Shown here: in pieces, positions 43,264 to 55,304 of the stretch
Position numbering within the stretch: the first letter of the stretch is position 1
Layout: the number at the start of each line of letters is the position of its first letter
Assembly (NCBI GenBank): GCA_963693365.1
Contig: CAVNZM010000016.1
Location: 2,941,957 to 3,005,956 of the forward strand
Direction of reading: 5' to 3'
Source of the DNA: Amoebidium appalachense
Lineage: Eukaryota > Protista > Ichthyosporea
DNA length: 64,000 nt
Position numbers and translations under genes: made by a program
Notes under the pieces: generated by a model
What the model saw: only the letters and a program-made list of their open reading frames with translations
Database searches by the model: none
Told to the model about the DNA's origin: nothing

Positions 43264-45144
43264 ATGCCCCCTAATTTTTCTAAGGATTCCACAGCTATGC
43301 CACGTCATGTCTTTGCCGCCTCTGATTTGTTTCCTGTTCCGGCCATTCCTGTGCCGGACCGTTCTGGACAAGCCCGTCTACGGAGTCAACGCCGTCGGCA
43401 ACGTCTGTCTCACCGCCTGAAGGGGGTAGACTTGGCCTTCCCCGCGGCCTACCCTGTATTGACAGGATGGCTACCTCTCACGGCGGCAAATGCCGCTTTG
43501 CCACCCCCTGGGGTTGGAGCCACAGTTGACGTGTTGCAGTTTTTGTCTCCTACGCTGCAGCCGTTTTTGGCCAACTGCGACGGCGGCCTTCTCAAGCCTG
43601 TTCCGCCGACGCCTGCAGAGCTGCGCCACATCCGACCGGCGCATCACGTTCCCAGTGGGGAATACGGTCCCCTGCTTCTTCGGCTTTAAGACTGCGGCAT
43701 GGTGCACTATTTCGAGGCGAAGGAAAAACCACTGGCCATCAATGGGCTGTTTGGGGTCCCCAAAGACACCAGAACCCGCGTCATTTTTGACGGCCGCCGT
43801 GGCAACCTGTTCTTTGCCCGTGATCATCCTGCCCTCAAAGTGCACCTGCCCAACCCTGCCGACTTTGCCGATCTGTTGCTGGGGCCTGAGGATTGCCTCT
43901 ATTTTGGCAAGTCGGACATGGACAACCAGTTCCATCGTCTTCTTGCCCCCGAGTGGCTGTGGCGGTACTTCGGATTGCCGCCTGTGTCTTCGGAGGCTGT
44001 TGGCATTTCTGGGCCCGACCGGCTTGTGTACCTGGCCCTCAAGACCGTGCCCATGGGCTGGGTGCATTCTGTGCTTGTGGCTCAAGACGTCCATGGGCAG
44101 TTGGCTGACCGAGCCGGCATGCCCCGCATTGAGCGCCTCTGTGCGATAGTGCCGCGGCCTGTGGAGGCCACGCAGCATGCCCTGTATGTGGACGACTGTG
44201 GCTGGGTCGGCACAGATGCCACCGCCATCAATCGTCAGCGTGAATCGTATCATGGCGTCACCGGCCCGGCTGGTCTTCCCTCCAATGTCAAGAAGGATGT
44301 GGCTGCTGGTTCGTCGTCCTCTATGGTGCTGCTAGGCCTGGAAATGCATCGCTCTGGGATATTGCGCCCGTCTGGCGCTTCCTTGTGCCATCTGGTGGCG
44401 GAAACCCAGGCCGTGTTGCGTCGTGGTGTCGTCACGCAGCTCCGTTTGCAGCAGTTGCTTGGTGGTTGGGTGTGGGCGGCACTGCTGCAGCGGCCGCTTT
44501 TGTCGGTTCTGAGTGCCGTCTACAGTTTTGTGGAGCAGCTCGGGGGTCGGGAACAGCCCCTTCCCCCGCCCGTGGTGTGGGAGCTTCAGGCGATGTGTGC
44601 TTTGGCCCCTTTGATGCGTTGTGATTTGCGTTCTGGGTTTGCTAGCACCATGTTCTGCACTGATGCTTCCTTGTTGGGTGGTGCAGTGGTGTCCCGGGTG
44701 CTTCCAGCAACGCTTCTCCGCGAAGTGCTGCCTCACTGCAACCGGCGTGGCCACTACAGCCAGCTGTCTGGTCCTGTGCACGAGCCAAGCCCGTCCGCCC
44801 CCCCGGCACCTATCCTGGCAGCTGTTGGTGACCGGTGGACCACCAACATCAGTCATCGTTGGCGCCACTCCGACCACATCAACATTCTGGAGGGAGAAGC
44901 CTTGCTCCTGGGGCTTCGTCGATTAGGTCGGTCTACGGCTGCCCGGGGCTCCCGCTACCTTTGGGGCCTTGATTCGACGGCGCTGCTTGGGGCTTTTGCT
45001 GAGGGTCGTTCAGCATTCCGACGCCTTAACCGTGTATGCCGCCAGGTGGCTGCCTACACGCTTGCCCTCGACATTCGTTTGTATTGTGTGTGGCTGCCGT
45101 CAGCCCACAATCCTGTAGATGGTCCCTCGCGGTTTTCTGGCTGA
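43264..45144 (+). pseudogene. RT/RNase H of copy 4 (N-terminal deletion and stop at 43687; core 43699-45144 open)
   Basis: KSDMDNQFH, VPMGW, YVDD, FCTDAS, HINILEGEA, LDST and SAHNPVDGPSR all in one frame. Confidence 0.9.
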
Positions 45145-46047
45145 CCAGGCCATAAAGCCCCCAACCCTCAAGGCCTACCGGGATGCTGTTGTTGAGTTCC
45201 TGGATTGGTTGCCCCCTGGCACCGACACCAAGTCCCCCGCCGAACTGGACGACCTCCTGGTGGAGTATTTTGAGGAGTGTTATGCCATTGATCCATCGCG
45301 TGGCCAGCGTCAGCGCTGTGTCAACACAGCTGCCGGCATCAAGCATTTCATGCCACGCCTGGGTCCACACCTGCAGGCCGCCCAACGGAGCCTGCAGGGC
45401 TGGAACCGGCTTGTTCCAGCAAAGACCACGCCCCCGCTTCCGTTTTCATTGGTCCTCGTCATTGACCATCATTTGTATTCCAAAATTGGCCCCTTGTTTG
45501 GTATTGCTGTTTTGCTTGGATTTGAGTGTTATTTTCGTGTCAGTGAGCTGCTTATGCTCACCCGTGCGGATCTTATTTTGCCCGACGACCCCGTTCCCCA
45601 CGACATGCCACCCGGTACAGGCGGCATCCGCCTGGCCGACACCAAGACCGGTCCAAATCAGTTTGTCCCCATCACCGATCCGTCCCTGGTGGTCATCATG
45701 TCTTTCTGGTTCCGTGGCGCCCCCCCTTCTGCGCGGCTGTTTCCTTTCTCGTATGATGTTCTGCGTGCAAGTTCCAAGCGGCATGTGACTCCCTCGGCCT
45801 CAACGAATATGGGTTCCATCTTCACAGTCTTCGCCATGGTGGTGCCTCGAGAGACTATGTCAGGGGTGTTTCAGTAGAGACGATTGCTCTGCGTGGTCGA
45901 TGGAGATCGCATGCCTCCCTCAGCGGGTATGTGCAGGCCGGCCAGTCTCTTGTTCTTTCTATTCGCGTGCCTGCGTCACTTCTTGCCCGGGCTGCAGCGC
46001 TGCGTCAGTCACCCACGGCATGGTTCGTTCCTTCCCGTGCCAGGTAG
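45119..46047 (+). pseudogene. Tyrosine recombinase of copy 4 (frameshift near 45770)
   Basis: ATG overlaps the RNase H 3' end by 26 nt; frame lost after YDVLRA. Confidence 0.9.
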
Positions 46048-47559
46048 GGAGTGGTGGAGCACACCTGTGCCTGCTTGTGAGATTGATCCACAGGCACCGG
46101 CTCATGTATCCCCTTGCTGGGGCTGGTAAAGACGACGTTGGCATAAGAATATTAAGTTTGTAAACGTGTTTTCTTTGCAGGAGAAATAGAGAGCCCCGTT
46201 GGAGTGAAATTGTGTGTTGCGAGTGTTCTGTAAACTTCGTGGTAGTATAATGCTGTAGGCCATGGTGTGTTCGATGTGTGTGCAAAGTTTCAGGCTACTA
46301 GCATTTTTATTTAGGGAGCTGTAGCTGTTTTTATATTCTGTTGGATATGCCATATGGATATATGGGGCGGCAATCGATTTGGTCTTTATGATCTAGGGGT
46401 TTTAGCCACTTGTGAAAATTTTTCATTGGTTGATGTGCAGCAAAAATTCCATTTTGGTAGATTTCATGGATTTGATAGGTTCTAAGTCATTTCTTCATAT
46501 TTCCATAGGCAAAAATGTGGGCCGCGCTCTATAATGAGCTTGCGCGCCGCGCTCTATAATGAGCTTGCGCGGCCCCAGGGAGGTCAGTTGCGGCGCTACT
46601 GAGCGCGTTTAGGTCTCTTTAGGCCCAATTTTTTAGCTAAGTTTTTGCCCACCCACCACACCCTTTGCCTATTTAGGCACTAGGCTACCTTTTTTTGAGC
46701 ATGTTTCTGTATGACATTTGTCGTTCTTTTCATTGCTCCTGTGGAGCACACCTGTGGAGCACACCTGTGCCTGCTTGTGAGATTGATCCACAGGCACCAG
46801 CTCATGTATCCCCTTGCTGGGGCTGGTAAAGACGACGTTGGCATAAGAATTAGTATTGGTGATATTGTACCAATACGTAACGTATATTGGTAATAGATAG
46901 TACATAGAATATATATATCACACGAATATAAATATTACGAGAGCCATATGGGGACCCCTTCCTGAATCGCACGCACGCGTGTATACGTCGCGTTGAAGAT
47001 GTACTCTATCAACCAACTATTAACATAACAACGAGTACGCGGGCCTGCCCGGGTGTACATACACGTCTGGGTGTTCACATCTTCCCCCACACATGACCTT
47101 TCTACGTAAAGCGGGGATAGGCCTCGAGTAAACAGCGTTAACGTTATAACTTAAGCTCTGTCGGAACGTATGGCAACGGTGTCCGAAATATGTCCACCAT
47201 ATCGCCAACCTCACCGATCCGCCGAGAATCGATCCAATCACATTATGTACACCATGGGAATCCGCTTCTGATAGCAAATAGTGATTGGCTAAACCCAATC
47301 CGGTTTGCAATTTTTTGTCCGTTTAAGCCTGTACGCACGTTGTTTGCTCCATTTCTCTTCCCCCTTCCCGCAGGTCCGCAGGTCCTTTCCCGCAGGTCGC
47401 CTGGTCGCAGGTCCCTTCCCGCAGGTCGCCCGGTCACAGGTCCCATCCGCAGGTCGCGCAGCCACCGTGCTGAATGGTTTCGACCATGCTGCATGCTGCA
47501 GCTTCTTCGCCTAACGGCTAAAAGGCCGTTTCAAGCTTAGTTTTGTGTTGCCTGCTTTT

Positions 47560-48624
47560 GGGCTAGCGGTTTATATACACGCAGGATATGGCTCACAACA
47601 TCCGATTGGCTACAGGGGAATGTAAAGACCAAATATGGCTACACTTAAACAAGACCAATCATTGCGCTTACATTTACGTACAGAGAACTGATTGGCTAAG
47701 CCATACCTAGAGACTAACCAATCGGAATGCAAAGTAGTTGGCAGTTCGAATTCCACTGGCACATGTCACTTCGTCGTCGTGGCTGCGGCCGTTCCTCAAA
47801 GAAAACCCGTTTAAAAACGAACCATTCTTGTGCCGTCACTCTTTACTCGCCCCAGCAAGGGGATAGATTACTTGCAGTGTCGTGTGTAGGTGCCTAGGCT
47901 GCACACACAAACACATGTGCTCTCCACACCTCCCATGCTGGCGCACTGCAAAGGGCGCTGTAACAAAAATGTTTGCAAATAAACAGGCAGAGAGGACAAC
48001 TGGTTGGAACGCTCGCATGCTGAGTGTTAACCCGCGCGTACAGAACCAAACAGCCGCCCAGGGACTGAAGAGTCGAGGGCGAGGACCGCTAAGGAGACGT
48101 CCCAAAACGAAAATAGGTTGCCAAAAGGCAGGCCAGGGCCGAAACGTGTGGGGGGACAGAGCGTCAGAGTGGCGGAACAAGGGTTGTAAAGCCAACATGG
48201 CCATCGACAGAAGTCAGTTTAAGCCAGCAAGGGGCCAGGCGGACAGCTGTGTCGAGGGGCAGTGCTGCACGTGAAGAGTCGCGACGCCATGGCAGGATAA
48301 ACGGTGTAAAACAAAATACTTAACTAGAGAAAACAACCGTTTACGGGCCTCAGGAGGCCCTGCCAACTTGCTAGACTAAGAACACATTCTGCTCAGGAGC
48401 AGTGCCAGCGACTGAGAGGCCTACGAATCTGCGGGCTAGTGGTTTATATACACGCAGGATATGGCTCACAACATCCGATTGGCTACAGGGGAATGTAAAG
48501 ACCAAATATGGCTACACTTAAACAAGACCAATCATTGCGCTTACATTTACGTACAGAGAACTGATTGGCTAAGCCATACCTAGAGACTAATCAATCGGAA
48601 TGCAAAGTAGTTGGCAGTTCGAAT
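47560..48624. repeat. 192-bp direct repeats (47560-47751, 48433-48624), CCAAT-rich, flanking a diverged YR-element junction
   Basis: Near-identical copies GGGCTAG...GCAGTTCGAAT. Confidence 0.9.
47790..47930 (-). mobile_element. B/A junction of a second, diverged Ngaro-like family
   Basis: Minus strand reads TATCCCCTTGCTGGGGCGAGTAAAGAGTGACGGCACAAGAAT-GGTTCGTTTTTAAACGGGTTTTCTTTGAGGA versus the main family TATCCCCTTGCTGGGGCTGGTAAAGACGACGTTGGCATAAGAAT-ATTAAGTTTGTAAACGTGTTTTCTTTGCAGGA. Confidence 0.7.
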
Positions 48625-48655
48625 GGATGTCGACATGTGCAATACATTGGCAATA

Positions 48656-50185
48656 CATCAAGCCTTTCATGCCACGCCTGGGTCCACACCTGCAGGCCTC
48701 CCAACGGAGCCTGCAGGACTGGAACCGGCTTGTTCCAGCAAAGACCACGCCCCCGCTTCCGTTTTCATTGGTCCTCGTCATTGGCCATCATTTGTATTCC
48801 AAAATTGGCCCCTTGTTTGGTATTGCTGTTTTGCTCGGATTTGAGTGTTATTTTAGTGTCAGTGAGCTGCTTATGCTCACCCGTGCGGATCTTGTTTTGC
48901 CCAACGACCCCGTTCCCCACGACATGCCACCCGGTACAGGCGGCATCCGCCTAGCCGACGCCAAGACCGGTCCAAATCAGTTTGTCCCCATCACCGATCC
49001 GATTCTGTTGGCCATCCTGTCTTTCTGGTTCCGTGGCGCCCCCCCTTCTTCGCGGCTGTTTCCTTTCTCGTATGATGTTCTCCATGCCAAGTTCCAAGCG
49101 GCATGTGACTCCCTTGGCCTCAACGAGTATGGGTTCCATCTGAACAGTCTTCGCCATGGTGGTGCCTCGAGAGACTACGTCAGGGGTGTTTCGGTAGAGA
49201 CGATTGCTCTGCGTGGTCGGTGGAGATAGCATGCCTCCCTCCGCCGGTATGTGCAGGCCGGCCAGTCTCTTGTTCTTTCTATTCGGGTGCCTGCGTAGCT
49301 CCTTGCCTGGGCTACAGCGTTCACCCACGGCATGGTTCGTTCCTTCCCATGCCAGATAGGGAGTGGTGGAGCACACCTGTGCCTGCTTGTGAGATTGATC
49401 CACAGGCACCGGCTCATGTATCCCCTTGCTGGGGCAGGTAAAGACGACGTTCTTATGCCAACGTCGTCTTTGGAAACTGCAAAAACACGGGAAAAACGAC
49501 ACCGCAAAAAACGTCCGAAAACCAGCTAAAACGCGATGTCGCAAGTTTACAGCACACTAGCAACACACAATTTCACTCCAACGTGGCGTGGCTATCTAAT
49601 GCTCCTGCAAAGAAAACACGTTTAACTCTTATGCCAACGTCGTCGGTCTTGGTGTGTTTGATGTGTGTGCAAAGTTTCAGGCTGCTAGCATTTTTATTGA
49701 GGGAGCTGTAGTTGTTTTTATGTTCTGTGGGATATGCCATATGGATATATTGATGAGTGTGAGTTATATCTAGCCCGAATTGGGCGGCAATTGATTTGGT
49801 CTTTGTGATCTAGGGGTTTCAGCCACTTTTGTAAAATTTTCATTGGTTGATGTGTTGCAAAAATTCCGTTTTGGTAGATTTCATGGATTTGATAGGTTCT
49901 AAGTCATTTCTTCATATTTCCATAGGCAAAAATGTGGGCCGCGCTATATAATGAGCTTGCGCGGCCCCAGTGAGGTCAGTTGCGGCGCTACTGAGCGCGT
50001 TTAGGTCTCTTTAGGCCCAATTTTTTAGCTACGTTTTTTGCCCACCCCCCACACCCTTGCCTATTTAGGCACTAGGCTACGTTTTTTGAGCATGTTTCTG
50101 TATGACATTTGTCATTCTTTTCATTGCTCCTGTGGAGCACACCTGTGCCTGCTTGTGAGATTGATCCACAGGCACCGGCTAAGAA
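48656..50185 (+). mobile_element. Ngaro-like copy 5: 3' fragment (partial YR, B1, scrambled junction, A2, deleted B2)
   Basis: YR fragment 48656-49359 with premature stops; B1 from 49366; inverted pieces ~49450-49644; A2 49645-50041; B2 ends ...GGCT-AAGAA at 50185. Confidence 0.88.
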
Positions 50186-53100
50186 TAGGATTAGAAATAG
50201 TGTGTAGGATAGATCGTAGGAGGACTTAGGAATGTATTAAGTTCGGGCAGAAGCCCTTATAAAGTTTGGCAAGTTCTGATAGTGCTGTCTGCCAAATGTA
50301 TGTATATATTGTAGTACAGGAAAGAGTCGAGGGGGGGAAGGGGGGGGGGAGATAGTATGAAATGTAGATTTAGTTAGACTCTGCGGTGCCACTAGGGGAA
50401 GGGAGAGGGGAGAGATGATGATATTTTTATTAGTGTGAGCGGATCGACTTAGCTCGTGCAGGCGCACCATAGAGTTCCTTAGATCGGAATGTATGGAATG
50501 TGGCATCGTAGGGGGCCAGGTGATGATGATCTTTGGGGGTACGGCCTTGGTGGCCGCAGGTGTGACTTAGCTGGAGTCCGTTCGGATCTCAGTTTGCCCG
50601 TTGAAGCCTGGTCGTAATAAACTTTACCGTTTTCCGTATACGTTCAGTTCGTTCCTTTCCGTGTGGGTACCCTTAGTAGAGTGCCGCGTCTCTTAGTACA
50701 CACACGTTAGGATACGACAAGCTACACCTTTTCTTTTAGTGCGGTTTTTCGCGCTAGGTACACGCGGTGACAGTTCCTTCTGGGCTGTTGCTACACCTTA
50801 TAAAAACAACGAAAAAAAAAACAAAAAAACAAAACACAAAACAAGCACACGAGCAGGGCACACACAACACCATGGCTGAGTTTAACGTAGATATGTTCTA
50901 CGCGTTGGCAGCGGAGGATAGCTCCCTACACACACAGCTATCACAGGTTCACACACTAGACGTCAAAAACACAACAGCTTTTAGTTTACACTCAAACACC
51001 AGCGGTCGTGGGCGTGGTGGACGTAGCGGACAGCAGCAGCAGTTCGACGAGGGGCATCGTCGTGGGTCCTCAAGACAGCGTCGAGGTGGTATGGCATGAA
51101 TGTTTGTGGGGTGATTCTACAAAAGGTTTGAATGGTGTGAATGTTTTGTGGTTAGGGGAGGTTCCCCAGCCACAAGTGGATGGTCTCAGTGTTTCTTGTC
51201 CCAACCCGGTGTTTGTTCTAACCACACCGGAGGGGGTTTCTGTGCCATTGTTTCCGGGAGGGGGGGGGACACTCACAAGTAAAGGGGGAAGGGGGGAGAA
51301 GCCACAGACACGTAGAAACACACCACCACAACAACATACGACGGTTGCAGACACACCTACACCCACCCACACACCACCCACACACACACCACCCACCCAT
51401 ACACCACACACACACACTCCACCACCACCCACGTCACATACACACCCCACCCCACCCGTGCAGGCACCACAGGTAAGGTATGTTGCAAATAGATATCGAG
51501 GGTGTGAGTCTTCGTGGGCAGGGTCTGGGTGTGAGTGATAATGTGTTGCTCGAATTGGAGGAGGATTTAGTTGGTTTTAGCCGGCATTATATAGACGTAT
51601 GGTAAGCTGATGGTAAGTTGAAGGCTGTTGCTTTGCTCGATGGAGGGGCTCAGGTTAATTGTGGGCATGCTTCGTTTATTCGTCGTTTTAATCAGGCCGG
51701 GGGGAAATTCCTATTTTAGCTGCTTCTAGCACGGCCTTAGGTAGTGCTAATAATAGTAGTATGTCGGTTGAAGGTGTTTGTGTGTTGCCGTGTGAGATAG
51801 ATGGCCAGGCTATGCATATTGCTTGTTGTGTGGTTAAGGATTTAGCTCAAAGTGTTTTGTTGGGAGCCCCATTTTTCCGTAGACATGTGAATGCTTTGTT
51901 TGAACGTACGAATGTTTTAGAATTGCAGTCCGGCGTTAAAATTAAAACCCACGATGGGCTCGACGGTTATGAGTCAGGTGCTAGAACGGTAGCTGAAGTA
52001 GTAATCGAGCCTTATCAGTGCCAAACGGTACGTGTCTGGGCCGGCAATCATGTTAGGATAGGGGATTTAGGGGTTTTTACTCCGAAAACCCCATTTCAGG
52101 AGGTGGCTTAATGGACCCTTAGTAGGGTATGGCCAGATAAGACGATACAAATAGACTTAGTGAATCAGGGCATCGAGCCCATAGTCATTAGGTCAGGTGT
52201 TTCCGTCGGTAGTTTCAATAATGAGATTGGTAGTATAGAGGTCTCTCTGATTACCCAGAAGGAGGATGCCGGCTCGAAGGGTGACTCAGGAGGAGGGGGA
52301 ACAACTTTATTTAACGTTAGCCACCAAAATGTCACCCAACACGATGGGGGGGGGACCGGGACAGCACCGGTCCCACTCCCCCGACCCCCACGAGGAAGGA
52401 GGGTCACCCCGGGTGTGAGAATGTGCACGCAGGAGGGGAGGGTGTTGGTCTAACCCGTGGATCTGACGGGTTAACCAACACCGTGGGGGGCAGGGTGGCC
52501 ACAGACCTGGCCCCCCACATACATGCACTAACTCATCAGGAATTGCCCGGGGGCATTGGTATGCCGGGGGGAGAAAGGGGTGCTAATGGTGACCGCCTAT
52601 ATCCGGAGGTACCTCAAACTAACCCCGTGCAGAACCGATGTAATACAGGAGGTGAAATGTCAAGTGTCACTACTCCGGTGAATAAGGATGCATCCACTTG
52701 TGATGGGGGTAACCCGGAGTTAGTATTGCCGTTTGGTATGAAGGAGCGGGATTGGACGGTAGAGCAGAAAAACTTATTAGCTAAGTTATTTGATAGGACT
52801 CGGTTTGCATTTCTGGCCTATGATACCGAAGTAGGCTTCGTTAAAGGGTTTGAAATGCAGATCGACACAGCTGATAATAGGCCGGTAGTTATGCCTAGCT
52901 ATAGAATGGAGCAGTATAAATTGTCGGATGCGCTAATTATAGTGAATGATATCTTAAAAAAGGGTCATGTGGAACATAGTTCGAGTCCGTGGAGAAGTCC
53001 GGTGCTATTGGTTAAGAAGCCCGACGGGTCTTGGCGTCTAGTGAACGATTACAGGGCTCTGAATCGAGTCACTAAGGCAGACCAGTGGCCTCTCCCTAAC

Positions 53101-53494
53101 ATACTATAGTAGACGAGCAGCTTTCACAGCTGCACGGCTATACTCACTTTGCTAAACTTGATTTAAAAGCAGTTTTTTGGCAGATAAGGTTGGAGAAGAG
53201 CAGCAAGGAGAAGACTGCCTTTGCACTGGGTGACCAGCTTGCTGTTCCAGTGCAAGGTGGTGCCGATGGGTTTGCTCTCCTCTCCAGCTATGTTGTGCCG
53301 GGTAATGTATAAATTTCTCCACCCTCATTTGGATGTATGCCACCCTTATTTAGATGATGTTTTAATTAAAGGTAGGTCGTTTGAGGAGTTAGTTAATAAT
53401 TGTGAAAAAGTACTTTTAGCTTTAGGTGAGTCTGGTCTTCGTATTAGTGGTAGCAAGACTGTGATTGGTGTGCGGGAGGTTAAGTTTTTGGGTC
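50186..53494 (+). mobile_element. Truncated Ty3/Gypsy LTR retrotransposon (partial LTR, gag remnant, protease, RT)
   Basis: LTR-like 50186-50706 has an inverted copy at 62908-63426; followed by pol motifs; cut by Ngaro-like copies on both sides. Confidence 0.85.
51600..53494 (+). pseudogene. pol: Gypsy pol: aspartic protease and reverse transcriptase, frameshifted and truncated
   Basis: ALLDGGAQVN and VLLGAPFF (protease); [57 protein letters not shown] (Ty3/Gypsy RT). RNase H and integrase absent. Confidence 0.92.
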
Positions 53495-54174
53495 AGCCCC
53501 GTTGGAGTGAAATTGTGTGTTGCGAGTGTGCTGTAAACTTCGTGGTAGTATAATGTTGTAGGCCATGGTGTGTTTGATGTGTGTGCAAAGTTTCAGGCTG
53601 CTAGCATTTTTATTTAGGGAGCTGTAGCTGTTTTTATGTTCTGTGGGATATGCCATATGGATATATTGATGAGTTTGAGTTATATCTAGTCCGAAATGGG
53701 CGGCAATCGATTTGGTCTTTATGATCTAGGGGTTTTAGCCACTTGTGAAAATTTTTCATTGGTTGATGTGCAGCTAAAATTCCATTTTGGTAGATTTCAT
53801 GGATTTGATAGGTTCTAAGTCATTTCTTCATATTTCCATAGGCAAAAATGTGGGCCGCGCTATATAGTGAGCTTGCGCGGCCCCAGGGAGGTCAGTACTG
53901 AGCGCGTTTAGGTCTCTTTAGGCCCAATTTTTTAGTTAAGTTTTTGCAACTCTAGTCCCCGTTTTTCGCGCTGTTGTTCATTTTTTCTCTAGTTTTTTTT
54001 GCCCAGGAGCGCGCGCTTAGCTTCGGCAGCATCTGGTAAGAGTTTTGCGTGCGCGCCGTTGCGTTTTAGCTGGTTTTCGGACGTTTTTTGCGGTGTCGGT
54101 TTTCCCGCGTTTTGTACATTTTCCAGTCTTCGTTTTCAAGTTTTCGTGCTCTAGTCTGGTTTGTGAGCATTGCA

Positions 54175-55227
54175 ATGGCCCCTCCTCCTGCTCTGGTCGC
54201 CAAGGGGGGCGCTCTCCTCGAAAAGCTTTTTGATAACTACCGATGCGGACGACGCAAGTCTCAAAAGTCTGGCCGTTTTGCAGTCCAACGCCCTCCCCTG
54301 GAACAGCCTGCCGGCAGAAACCGTCAACAGTGTGGTTTCAGCCCTCAAGGCGCGCTCGGTGGCTTTTGATGACCCTGAGATGGTCGGTTGGAAAGTCACC
54401 GACCAGCTGCACTTGCTCTGTCGCACTTCTCGCAGCGGCCGTGCCTCCCCCCACCTGGGTCGCCCTCTCCCCAGCGGCGTTCTGACGGTGTAGACGTGCA
54501 AGAGCAGCTGCAGGCGCTTTCTGCCCAAGTGCAAGCCCTCTCTGTTGACCAGTCTGGTCGCCCCAAGAAGCCCTCTGCCGGCGGCCTGCTGAGCACGCTG
54601 TCTGCGCGGGCAAAGGGCAAGGAGCCTGTCTATGCGTACGACACCGGCAGTGAAGACACCCCATCGTCGAGTGAGGCTTCTGATTCCAGCAGCAGTGGCT
54701 ACGGTCGTTCCTCTCGCAGCCGTCGTTTCTCTGGCCGTTCCAAACCCACCCCCAGCCGTTATCTGCTCTCCAGCGGCGCCAAAGTCAACCTGCGCGTCAA
54801 AGAACGTCTGGCCCCTTCCTACCTCAAGAGCACCTTGGCTGACCAGGCCTCGGTCACTGCGGCTGTCCACGCGGCGGATTGGGTCAGCTACCGCAACAAA
54901 AGGGAGGCTCTGACGCTTGCCCGTATGCTGGATCTGCTGCTGGCCGCCGACCCTAAGGCCCGCAAGGAGTCACCTGCTGTGGAAGTTGGTGTGCGCCGTC
55001 TGCTGGCTGTGCAGACTGCTGATCAGTCCAACGGGGACTGGGCTGTTGCAGAGCAGTTTGAGGAGCTCCCTGCGCGCAGCCTGCCCCTGCCCCCTGCCTT
55101 GGCCACCCGGTCTGTTCGTCAAGCCAAGACCCTCGCCAAAGTCACCAGGGCTCGGCGCGGTCCCGGCAGTGGCCCATCCGGAGCTGGTCCATCGACCCCC
55201 CAGGGGACCGGTGGGCACAGGGCCTAA
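54175..55227 (+). pseudogene. gag-like ORF1 of copy 6 (frameshifted)
   Basis: MAPPPALVAKG...EQLQALSAQVQAL (coiled-coil-like)...GTGGHRA*; ~350 aa if frames are joined. Called gag-like by position. Confidence 0.75.
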
Positions 55228-55304
55228 ACGGCCCTTTGGGGGTTCGGCACGCGGTTCTGTATATTATTTTCTTGTGGTTTCCTGCCACGTGCCCTTGATT
55301 AAAT

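Larger units (their letters stand above)
42627..46849 (+). mobile_element. Ngaro-like copy 4 (gag almost wholly deleted)
   Basis: A1 42627-43108 joined directly to the last ~80 nt of gag; RT/RH; YR; B1 46054-46149; A2 46150-46648; B2 46741-46849. Confidence 0.92.

Noticed and set aside
47368-47460. Short CGCAGGTC repeats as a regulatory array
   Set aside because: About seven irregular copies with no associated gene; cannot be distinguished from local slippage.
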